From the NCBI GenBank assembly GCA_000934665.2, contig JYFJ02000032.1:124001-188000 (forward strand): DNA of 64,000 nt, written 5' to 3'. The notes beneath the pieces are model-generated. The model was not told where the DNA came from and made no database searches. It saw nothing but the letters and a program-made list of their open reading frames with translations. The stretch comes from Catajapyx aquilonaris (lineage: Eukaryota). Position numbers and translations under genes: made by a program. Below, piece after piece: positions 41,446 through 53,382 of this stretch; positions within the stretch are counted from its first letter, which is position 1; every line of letters starts with the position of its first letter.

Positions 41446-41466
41446 TGTGTGTGTGTGTGTGTGTGT
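41446..41466. repeat. (TG)n microsatellite, about 10 units
   Basis: Read directly. Confidence 0.9.
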
Positions 41467-41597
41467 ATGTGCAGACCACCCAGTCGCAGTTGCTCCACAT
41501 ACCCGGGGGTTTATAGGGCGTTGGGCAATGGATGCGCGAATATCCATCACTTGTTTGTTTGCCAATCCTCAATGGGTATTGGCAAGGACCCCGGGAC

Positions 41598-41600
<3 letters not shown>

Positions 41601-41646
<46 letters not shown>
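41601..41646. repeat. (CT)23 microsatellite
   Basis: Read directly. Confidence 0.95.
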
Positions 41647-41648
<2 letters not shown>

Positions 41649-44600
41649 GGCGCAACTACACCCGGTGAGATGGTCCGGAATAAACGAGGCCCGAGTGTTT
41701 CCGGCGGATCGGACCTAATGCGTGCTCGTTACTCGAATAATCGGATGGGAATGCACGCAGCGGAGTCTCTGAGTGTATTGGCGTGTGGATGCGGGCCTAA
41801 TGGAGCCCATTCGAGTGAAAAGCAACCGGAGGAAGGGAGAGATTTTCTCCAGGCATATCTCTAAGGATGTTCCTGGATGCTGCTGGAAGGGATTAGAAGG
41901 ATCGAATCGCTAATTGATAGCTTTGGTTGGGCGACTAGACGACTCTACCAAACTAATTAGCTTAAGGAAGCATCTGCTTATGCCTCCAAAAATCTGGCGT
42001 CTGGAAAGGGCAGGACATGGCACTTGTAGAGTGTTGGGGGGAAATCTCTTAATCCCACTCACTTTGCCAACTTTTGGTGCAACGCACTTGGTGTGATCTG
42101 AGCCCAAAAGTTGTGGGGGCGACATGTGGGAACTTGTGAAATTTTATGAGGAGGAAACTGTGGGGCTGTATACAAAGGGTCATTAGCAAAGTTGGCTTAT
42201 TTTCGGGGGCGCCGAAAAAAAAATCGGTGACGTGTGCCAAATGAGCTCGATTTTTTTTTGGCCGGCTAAGTTCGGGGGGGAATCCATCATCGGCCGGTTA
42301 GTAGTTGTTGCACATGATCGGCTCCAGTTCCGCATTATTTAGCCTCCAGCGCCCATTATGTTGTTCAAAAAAATATGCGGAGGACCTTGGGGGATGCTCG
42401 CAGGTTGTATCTAGGCAATGGTCAAGGTCGTATTACATACTGTATACGGTGCACCGAGAGTAGAAAACAATATTTGAAGGCCTCTGGTGGTTTACGCCTG
42501 CCATGCATGCCTCCTGGTGAATCATAAAGCAGACTAGGCTACATACCTGTCAGGATAATTTCGAGGCCAGATGGCATGGTTGTATGACTCCAGAACTTTA
42601 AACATAATTATCCTCGCATTTAGACTTCCCGTTAAACAAAAGAGCTGCTTGGGTGGCCCTGAAATGTCAGGATAAATATAGCTCTGAACCCCGGCTCTTA
42701 ATTTTTTAACCGTTGTTACCATTGCTACCGTTACTGTCAGCATCTTCTAGAATGTAGCATGTATTGTATATAAATAAGATTCCCTGACTTTTGTCAATTC
42801 GCAGGTGACAGCCACCCGGTTTCACATGAAAATAATGGGCTGTGAAAAACCGGGCCTGTACACATCCATGTTAGGCACACCACGTGGGTACACGGGATTT
42901 CAGAAAACCAAGAAATACAAACCTATCGCTTCTAAAAATACATGCACGTGTCAGGAACCCGAAGACGTAAAAATATACGATCAGAAATCTTCCCGATATG
43001 GATCTTATGTCTCAACGCCAGCCTCGCCCCATCGACGAAAACAAGCCCAATTTTTTGCGTCACAACTCAAATGTAATTATTGTTTCAGCCTCCTTTCTGT
43101 TGATAAGAGGCCCGCACTACTTGTGAATAAATGCTCCCAAACTGTTTATGCAAATGGGCGATTTTTCCAGTTGGTCAGCTTCACTTTTTTTTTGTTGTAC
43201 ACAGCTGCAACGGTAGTTAGTGGAATCATCCGAGTCAGTCGGCTAAGAGTAGAATATCTGCAGGAATACAGCCCGAGGGACTCCGTGCCATATGGAGGTC
43301 ACGGAGCTCTTATCTTGGGGCAGGCGAACACCTCTCGTGTCCTTCTTTTTCCTTGACCCCTGGGGTCAAACCACCCATCCTCTCCATACGCGCGCATATT
43401 TGTAACACAGGGCCGGAGCTTCTCCCACGACCCTCAGCCACGACCTAGACTCGTGCGATTCGCATCATCGGTACCCAATCGGTCATTTCCGGGTTTGCTT
43501 TTTTGGAGGACTCCAGAAAAATCCCAAACCAAACATTCCCTTCTGAGGATTTCCCCCGGATTCTGCGGGATTCCCCAGAGTAGCCAGGAAAAGGAATCCA
43601 TTAGAAGGAAAGCGCAAATTTGCATTACATTCCACGTTTTTTTAGTGGGTGTGTGCGCGCGGTTTCCCTCGAGACCTTCCCTTTTTCTCAGAGCTTGCAA
43701 TATTTACCGGAGTACACTAGGTTTTAGCGTGTGTGCCGCCTTTTTTTCTCTTCCTTTTTAAACTCTGAACCCTCCCGTTCTGTGGGTGAGCGGCGTAAAT
43801 CACGACCGTTAAAACGGCGAGTCAGAACCAATTCGACTCTGTCGGGTACACGATGTGGGAAATTGCTGGCCCCCAGATCCCCCCCTTCGAAAAGTCTTAG
43901 GGGGTTTTTGGTGGAGAAGAGATGCTCACCTCAACCTTCACGTGGGGTCGCCAGCAAGTCACTGAACGGATTGAAAAGAAGCCTGGCAGAAAACGTAATT
44001 AGCGTGCTCGACTCTTACACACGGCCTCCAAAATGGGGGCTCCAAGGTTGATACACCGATTTTTTTATTTATTTTTTGCAAGTTCAAAATGACGTTGTGG
44101 AAATTTACAATTTGTAAAAATCATGTTATGAAACACCCTGTAGAGTGGTAAAAATTTGTCCGTTTCATAACCAAGGCGGCAGTAGCAATTTGTCAGTCTT
44201 AAGGAGTAAGGTGTGCAATTACGTCGAGGCCCGTGATTGAACGCCCTGTTTTTGCAAACTTTTTTTTTTGGAGCGGTTGGTGGGGGAGTGACGGGGGCCT
44301 AGTTTTGCGAGGAATTAAGGTAAGCGCAAGTGAACCTAAAGAAGCGACGTTTTTCCACGAAGGTAATCTGAGGAAGAAATAGGAAATGAAGCACTTCGAC
44401 ACTATTGATTGCTTTTTTTGCAGCGATGGGCCAAATAGTCTATTCGCCTAGGGTATTGCAGGTGTCATGTTCGACAGGTCGGATTTGCCGTCTGTGGGTT
44501 TACTACAAGTGGAGGACCCCCCTTTTTTTCTTATTTTTTGACGGCAGGCAAATAGCCTCCTTAGCCCAGGGGTTGGAGCAAAAGTGAAGCTTTGTAGGGA

Positions 44601-46524
44601 TCGGCTGGATCGATGCGGATTGCTTGTCGTTCGACAAGACTATATGAAAGCGCAGCAGCATCAGAGAACCTTGTGGACTCTCCCTTAATCATCATAAAAT
44701 TGTAGGGGATGCCATGAATCCAGGCGTCGCTCCTGCTTCTTGGCACACACAAGATAATCTTCAGATCATTTGCATTTCCTTTTTCTAACCATTATCCGGT
44801 CTCTCTTTTTTGCACCGGCAAAGGATGATCAATCTTGGTATTGGGACTTGTGTAATTAAAAACCAATCATGGCCTATCGTGCTTCTTGAGTTCAGATTAC
44901 AGGTTCTCGTGTGATGGCTTAGAATGGACCCTTAAAACACATCGATTCGCACATACTCTCCTTTGGATATATATTATACCCCTCCTGCTCATTAAAAAAA
45001 TAACGTGACGTGTCACTCATTAGGAGCCGAAATGACTTTTGAACGGGGTTTGTGCTTCCGCCTGTCGATTACTATGAAGCGGCGGCATGTTCTGAGGACA
45101 AAAGCGGTAGCGTGCTGTCATGCCTGTGGGTCAGAATACAATTATCTGTATCATTCTCATTTTTCACCTATTTTTCCTCCCACACCCCCCACAAACCCCC
45201 TCTGGCCATTGTTCATCTTTCTTTTGTGCCGGGGTGACATGCAGCAAAAATTTGTGACTGATGGTGGTTCATGAAACGTTATGTATGCCCTGTCGTTGCT
45301 TGCAGGTTGCACACGTTGCCACCCGAAACTCACCTGAATGAGACTCAGGGAAAAAAAACACCCAATTAATTACGCTGGCTGTTCATTGAATTCCAGCCAA
45401 CTGAATGCTGTGCCACAACCTTTTTGAACAGTTTTGGCGAATCACCTTGTGCAATATCGGGCCACATCACAGGGGTCAAAACACACTTTTTCAATGTTTT
45501 TCTGGCAGATTCGCCTAAACAAGCAGCAGGAAGTTGTCAATGTCACTAGACATTAACTTGGTAACACCCTGTAACCGTGCCAAGTAGTCACAAGTCAAAC
45601 AAGGGAAAGGTTGGCATGGCTCAGGAGAGATAAGACGGGCACGTGGTATGCGACGACTGTTTTAACCGACGTTGAAAGGGCCTGTAAGTCCACAGGGACA
45701 AAGCCTGGGAGGAGATGATGACCAAAGTTTAATAGGCAGGAATAGAGCGCTTAGCGTCATTTTACTGCTCGCCATTCAATTAGGCGTCCGAAACTGCGAG
45801 AGGCATTAGCCACCCTTAAATCCTCAAAGCGATTTCTTGCCGAAAACCGTACATTCTATATATTATATAGGTAGTCTGTGCGACAGTGTCCGGTCGATTC
45901 CTTGTGGCCGAATTTTAGTGATAAAACATCCATTCATTAGTGTGGATAGGGGGAAGGGAGGGGCACATGCCTAAGAGAGAATCCCGCCCATATAATCCCA
46001 ACATGAAACTGGGAGACGCATAATGAGACAAAGTGAAATCCCCCTTCCCGAACGGAGGCCTGTTTTCATTAGGGATATTCCTTGGGTAATAAATGAGTGA
46101 CAAGCGCGCAATTTGCCTGAAATCTTCTCCGGCCTCTAGGGGATGATTAGGTCCATGCAGAGTCAAATTACACGTCAATCTTCAGACGGAGGAGGGCGGA
46201 TTTCAAGAGAGATTCGGACCCACTTTGAGGCTGCTGCGTATACTGGTGACCCAAGCGGACGTTCGGAGAGGCTTTTTTTTAGATATATATCTGAGGGGGA
46301 AGAGGAAATAGCTGGGATTCCTGGCCAGACTTTATTGCAGCAGGTAGAGGCAAGAGATCCCAAGATGGTTCCTTTGGGATGCGGCTCCCGAATGTGCAAT
46401 CATGGCAGGAATGCAGTGGCCGGTATTGAATCATCTGCCAATGGAACTAATGAATTCTGCTTCCGGGAATAAACAGCATAGGTTCAATACAGCAGCAGCA
46501 GGTTTCGTTCAGACTGAGTGCTGC

Positions 46525-46548
46525 ACACACATACACACACACACACAT
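46525..46548. repeat. Interrupted (CA)n microsatellite
   Basis: cacacacatacacacacacacaca read directly. Confidence 0.85.
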
Positions 46549-49500
46549 CTCTCAGAGAAAGCAATATTGTAAGAAGAAGTCCACCAGGGGATTATACCTG
46601 GGACGCGGTTGCCTTTCGGTTGCTTCTCAAAAGGTTCAAGCAAACATTGACTCAGAACGGGGGAATGAAATGGAAGTTCAATCTAGAGGACTTTCCAAAC
46701 TCCGTGGGGCGGGGAAGGGAAGAAAACTCCCCCCCCCCCCTGACTGTGTGTGCACCCCCGTTTGAAGAGAGTACGAAGCCAAGGTAAGGAGGAAGGCAAG
46801 ACGACAGTGGGCTTCCTTCCTTCTACTCCTTCCAAAATAAAGGCTTCTGGATTTAATTTCTTTTCCACCGGAAAGAGTCAAGGAGGCTCCCGGATTCGAA
46901 TTGCAGATGACTTCGAGGAAGCGAGAAAGCGGATGACTCTTACTCATTTAAAAGATCGAAGCAGCTCAAGCACACACCCGGCTACAGTGTACGGAAGGTG
47001 TACTTGTATCGGAAAGATTTCGGAGACGTCTTGCCATTATTTTTTCCATCTTCTTTCAAGCCGAACAATAAGCAAGACATGAATTGCCCCACTTCTGGCC
47101 TCCTCGTTGATTTACAAGGTGAATGAGGCAATTTTGCGTCAAGTATCTGTGAAAGGAGGGGGTACATGAAGGCGATAAATTTACTGCCACTTTGGGGCCC
47201 CACAGCGAGTGCGGAGAGGTGTAGCGGTGGTTTTAGTCCTAAGGGGGAACGGTGTACAAATGCCTGGTCTTTATGACGCGATAATGACTAGGTCGGAAAA
47301 TGAGGAAAGCATTAGGATTTTTTGGAGGGATGAAAAGCGCAAATGGGTAGAAGTGGAGAATAAATCAAGACAGAATTGTTCGATTACAGTTGAAATCGAG
47401 CCTACTTATCAGGAACCGGGGAGGAGGCAGGGAAGGAAGCTGGAAATGGGGGAAATTTCTACACTATCTTGCCCTGGCACAACTATGGAAGAGTTGACTG
47501 CAGACAATGCCGAGTGAGAAAGAATCGCTGGATGTAAATTAGCGCCGAGGGAAATTGCCTGCGCTATTAACAATAAAAGCCACCTTTTTCCATTCTATGC
47601 ATGGTGAATGAGCGTGGCCCGCCCTCTTATCGTGGAAAACGTGGTGTCGAGCGTATTCTGTGCATTTGACACGCGTTTCATTAGGGTACCTAATCATACT
47701 TTTTTTTCACTTTACGATTTCAAGGTGCTGTCAAGTTACCTGCACCTGCATCCAACCTTAGCATTTTCAGGGAGAATATAATTTACAGGTTTTAAAGTCG
47801 TCGTAAAAACGGCATAGGCGGTTTCTCTCCGGCCTTCATCAGTTAGGGGGGAAGTGGGTGGTTGTAAAAAAAAGCGCTAATGTGTCACATGCTCAACCCC
47901 CTTTGGCAAGGTCCAGCTTGCGAATAAGGCGTGCCGATTAAGTCGGACATGAGTTTGCGCCTTGTAAATTTAATGCCCGATATGGTGGTGCAACTTCCTG
48001 CGAGAATGACCTCGGACTGTGTGTGAAAACTGAGGCTTATAATGCGGCCACTTTATAATTGCGATTAACATTGTTTATGAATCGCCACTGGGACAAGTAA
48101 TGCCTATGGGGGAGCCTTTTGCTTTATTTTTGCACGACCCATCTGATGAAACCAGCTCGCCGTGAAACCAATTAACAGATCAAAGAACCGGAACAATAGA
48201 AAGCTTCTTTGATTTGCTCGCGTGAGGAGCGGATAACACAGTTACATTAACGCGGAAATGAAATATGGCCATGGAGCCGTGTGAATTGAATTTTTATCTC
48301 GTTATAAAGGGTCAAGCGGTTTTTCAGTGAAAAAGAATGTGCCGTTGGATAGTACTCTGGTTGGTACAGAGTGGACAGGAATGTAAACCACTACATTATG
48401 GTTATTAGTTAGCATAAACTAGGATTTCGTTTGACGAAATTATTTTTTACTTTGTATCGTGGAAATATTTTGTACTATGTGCTCCAGTTTCAATTACTCC
48501 CCAGTGCACTGCTAATGTGCCAAGCATTTTTTTTTGTACACATTATATCCGCCTGAATTACATGTGGCCACAACCCAGTCCCTATCTCAGCTCATCAATT
48601 CTCAAAATCTCCCATCGAAATGTGACGCTCCAGGAACGCCTTTCTCCCGACTCGAATTTCCATTACCTTCTTACACATGCATATATTCTGGGTTTCCCCC
48701 CACCAGTCTTCTCGACCCCTGACCACCGACATCCCTCTGGAGAGTCTGTTGCACCTCCTTGAAGCAGAAATTAATCTTGGAATATGGGCAAAGGGAAAAG
48801 GAAGAAAAGCCGCAGGAGATTTTTTGGAGGGTAGTTCTCCTTGTCCGGAATCTCGTTTTGGGCAGCCGCTCTCGGCGGTTGGCCCAAATGGGGTTGCCGT
48901 GTCGAGCAAACTCGCAAAGAATCGATTTCTCGCCTTCTTCTTAGTTTCTCTCTCTCTGCGTCTTTTCCTCCCACTCTTGTGTACATACTCATTGAATTTT
49001 TTTTGCTGGGTCTTCCAGATTACGTTTGTAATCCTCCCAGGCTGGAAGAGCAGTTCATTAAGCGGCGGGGAAGACGGCTGGGATATTAGACCAGAAGGGA
49101 TGGTACCCTCCGACAATGCCACTTTTGGCCCCTCGGGTCCATCTTGAGGGGGCTTATAAATCCGCCTGTTGATGAGCTATGAGAGAAGCCGCGAATTGGG
49201 AGAAAATTAAAAGCCGGGTTTTTATCCCCGGCGAGAGTCTGACGGTGACGTGTCTCGTCAGAAGGAATTTGTTTCTTTGGAGGGGGGTTGGATGTTGGGA
49301 GCATTTGCCAGGAGTCGACCCGGTTGGCAATTACAACTCGCCAGCCATTCGCTTCTTGTCACCCGCTCTAAATCAAAGTATCCCCGAGGAAAAGGGGGGC
49401 GGTAATAGCATCGACTTGTTTGCAAGGCTGGCTGCATTCTTTATTCCCTGACGTGCCCAACCCCACTCTCCGTTTGTAACCCTGATCGGGTACTAAAGAA

Positions 49501-52500
49501 AAGTAATTCATATAAGGACTAAATCTTCTGGAAATGTACACCGTTAATGTTTCCAACCGAGTATATCCTGGCAGAGTCCGGCACATAATGAACCATGTTT
49601 CGGATGTGGTGCTTTTCTCCCTGGGGATTTAGCAAGCGCATAGCCACTATTATCCCTCCATGCGCTGTATATGCTGTGTAATTGCAGCTTAACATCAAGT
49701 GCTTTATATAGGCCGCAGCCTAGAGGGATAATGGTGCTGGCGGTGGAACTGCGAGGCTCTGCTGGGAGTGTTTCATGAACAAGGCCAGCCAGCCTCCCGG
49801 GCCTTTCATCTCTGAAGAAAACAAGACACTCCAGCAGCAGGCTCCCCATCTTTTCCTGGCACATACACGGCAAAATTCTCCGAGCGGAAAGGCCATAAAT
49901 CACCTAGCGATATAAGCCTTCCCTTTGCAGTAATGCTCTTAATTGGGCGCTGACAGGGTAGAGTGGCTTCAAATTTGTTATTTGATTGCGCCGAGGTGCA
50001 AATGGCTGTATCTCTCCAAGCACGTGCTGCCAGTATTAGCTCAAGTTCAAGGCTGGCTCGAAAGGTGTGGCACCTGACTTGAGGTCACCTACATGTCGTT
50101 CCTCTCTTTTTTTTAGCCCAGGAGTCTAGTACAGGCGCGTGTTTGCGACCACCGGAGTGTCGTTTCTCAGGAGACAAACGCTGTCTTTTAGCGGCGGGGA
50201 GCCAATAGGAAGGCGTGGATAGGGCCAGGGTTTTCCAGCAAATCAGAATAGATGTTCGGCAATCAAGCCCGAGTCGTTTCTGTAAAACTCTTCGCAGCCG
50301 GAGCCCAAACGACGTAAACATGCTGGACAGGAAGGAAATAGGATGGCAACGGCTTTCTCCAGGGTTTATGTGGACTTTCAAGGGGTCAGGACGCTACAGG
50401 GTAGTCCACAGGTGAACAAACATCAAGTACTTCCCTTACATCCCTGTGGAACCTGGCAGTGCACCACCCTGTACACACCTGTGTGTAGAGAGCCGACTTG
50501 CCGATGGGGTTTAGATTCTGCATGTCAAAGTGCGATTCTTGCACTCTTGAGGGAAATCAAGGATTTACGAACCCGACCATTCCCTGCTGAAAATAAACCC
50601 CTTTTGGAGAAGGAAGTGAAATCGAGAAGGTCTCCACGCTAGACCAGGAATCGCTGAATCCCGTCCCCATGCAGCACCACCGGAGAACTGTATATATGTA
50701 TAAAAAAAAAGAAGGAAAGAGAATCTTATATAAGGGAGCGGAAAAGGAGAGGAGAAGCTTACGAAGTGTGGTATGAGTGTCCTTTGTAGCTATCCAATAT
50801 AGCACCTGCCTGCGCTCAGGAAAATCACAAAGGAAACACGCAAAGTATACGAAGCGCGCATTTTTTTCTTTTGCAAATGCGTGGAGCTTGTAACACAAAG
50901 TACAAGGTATGAATGGAATTTTTTTGAGCTGCTGCACTGTAATTACCACTTTTTTTAAAAAATGCAGTTTCTGATGCTTATGTGCGGAAATATGAGGGTT
51001 GCTTTCGGCTACTTTGTATACTGATTCAGTAACTTTTTACATAGTGAACTCTTTTGTTTCTTGCAGTTTGTGTAACATTATGAAACACCTGTGTGTTTTT
51101 GCTTGTTGCACTTAATTTCACACACTAACTTGCAGGCCAAAAAAAACCCCGCGTGTTGCTTGCCGCCATCAAATATTTCAGCTAAGCGTTATGGCGGAAT
51201 GTCACCTGACAACGTGCTGGGAGTAATTACTCCGGGAAATAATTTGGAGCCAGGGGTAGATGTGTACCAGTTGGCAGCAGCAAAACCCAACCCACTGCTA
51301 GTCCTGGGGTACAGACGCCGGGAGACAGCACTAAAGATTCCAACCCGTCGCCCGTCAAGTCGTAAAGCGAAATATCCACGTATGTGAGCGTTGCGAAACG
51401 GTCCAAATTCAAGCTCGTTTTCACGCTTCGTAGCGGCAGTGGCCACTTGCGGCCCCCTTCAACTATTCCTAAAAGCCCTTTGGAAGACTCGGAGGATGTG
51501 GGAACACAAAAAAACGAAGAGAGAAGGAACGTAGAAGGTGGAAGCTGCAAACCCGGTTTAATGATTGCTTTAGCGGAGCTTTTCGTCACGGCCCACTTGT
51601 CCGTCCTTCCCAACACCGGATCCATCCTTTTGCCCCAGGGATTTGATTTTTTTTAAAGGTGGGTGGTGGTGGGGGAGAGGCCACCACCCACTGGTCCGTA
51701 TCTCTATCGTAGAAGATGCTACACGGATAGATTCGGTTTCGTAAACAAGGAGGAGAAAACTTGGTCCTGGATGCCAAAGGGTCACGTGCTACCTTCAGAT
51801 AAACCAAGATTGATGGGCGGCATCGCTCAGTCCGGCGGGGTCGCTGGAAAAGTAGAAGGTGGTAAAGCTTCACATTATTTCGGGACGATAGCAGAGGAAC
51901 TCTTATCGGTGGTCGCAACATGCCCTCGCTTTTTCCAAGTCATTCGGTCAACCGTCTGGTAAAAAATAAAATAAAAGCACTCACACTAGCTTATCCGGTG
52001 GGGGGAAATGATGAAATCAAAGCGTGCATAAAATCGTTACTTGAAGGTGTTCTCCCTCCTTCGAACAGGGCACAAAGTTTAATTATTTCTGTCGTCTCCT
52101 TTATTAGGCTCCCAAGTTTGGTAGGAAGGAAGAGGAGGGGGCCTGGCTGCTGGTTCCCGAAAGTGCGAATTAATATTCCAGAAAAGGGGGGGCCTTTCTG
52201 AGAAAAAGAGGGCGGCAGCAGCAGGCTTGGCAGCGGGATATGCAAAAAGGGCTAGGGGTGCCACTGATCAAAGAGAAAATCTGCCGTATCCTGCAGCGGT
52301 TGCTGTTGAAGTTCCTATATTATAAAGTGGCTAAATTTCGTAAAATAATTTTTACGCGGCGATTTATGATCACCGCTATTTTTTGAATAACGGTTCTTAA
52401 ATAACCGCGATTGGCCGTTTAGTTGGCTACACGGTCAGGAAATTGTGTTCTGAAGTGTGTAGGGGGTCCAGCCAGCATCCCTCGCACGCGCCTGCTTCGG

Positions 52501-53020
52501 CCGGGCGTGTAATTCGATGGGAACGGCGCCGGCAGATTAGGCGTCTCTCCCTTCCGGAGACCTCGGAATCCCCTTAGCCCTAATCCCATCTCGTTGCACG
52601 ACCCCCCCGAGGCCCCTCTTCTGCCTGCACCTTGCACGCCCACCACCTGCGTTATACACCACTCCTACCTTACAAAAATAAAAAAAAAGAGGAAAAGAGC
52701 GCACCGCCAATAGAATACCGAAAACACGCGTGATGTACATATCTCGCACGAAAAAAAAACGCCTCCTTATTTTGGTTTTACAAACACATCAGGCCGGTGC
52801 ACTTCATTTACACTGGAGATTTTTTTTTAACTCGATGCTAGTCATGCTGGAAAAAAAGATTTTGGGTGGTCCGAACGTGCTGGATGCTGAGCCAAGTTGG
52901 AACCATTACAGACGGAGCATATATATAACGTGGATCCACACACGCTTCGGGATTCACTTCCCATAAAACAGGGTCACCTGTCCGGCCTGCTGGTGTGGAC
53001 TACCGACTATTTAAAAAAAA

Positions 53021-53038
53021 CACACACACACACACACA
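53021..53038. repeat. (CA)9 microsatellite after an A8 run
   Basis: Read directly. Confidence 0.9.
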
Positions 53039-53363
53039 GGTGCGACCCACCGCTGGGAAACGCGTTTTATTCTCCCATGCCATGCCATCTAACTAGAACG
53101 CAAATGAATATTTGAACAATCTATATATTTCACTTTTTCGGGTGGTCCGGAGTAAAAGCCTGGGTGCGATCACCTATATACTTTGCGAGGAAAGATTTGG
53201 GCGGACCAAGCTGGGAGAGAATTGGTCATCGTTGGCGAGCGAGATGGACCACTGAGGTTGCCATGGCACCGTCTCTCTTCTTTTTCTCTTCTCCTTTGCA
53301 GTTCAATCTGGAAGCAGGTGCGGCTCTGAATTTTCCATGGCGCTTCTCGGTGCTTGCTTTCAG

Positions 53364-53382
53364 TCTCTCTCTCTCTCTCTCT
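53364..53382. repeat. (TC)n microsatellite, about 9 units
   Basis: Read directly. Confidence 0.85.

Noticed and set aside
44133..44160. ACCCTGTAGA...AATTTGT resembling mir-10 (also CCCTGTAGA at 58041)
   Set aside because: Middle of the mature sequence does not match and there is no complementary star arm.
51040..51140. Two acceptor-like motifs (tcttttgtttcttgcAG at 51066; cactaacttgcAG at 51135), and a similar one at 53690
   Set aside because: No good donor at exon distance; in the second the branch motif is too close to the AG.
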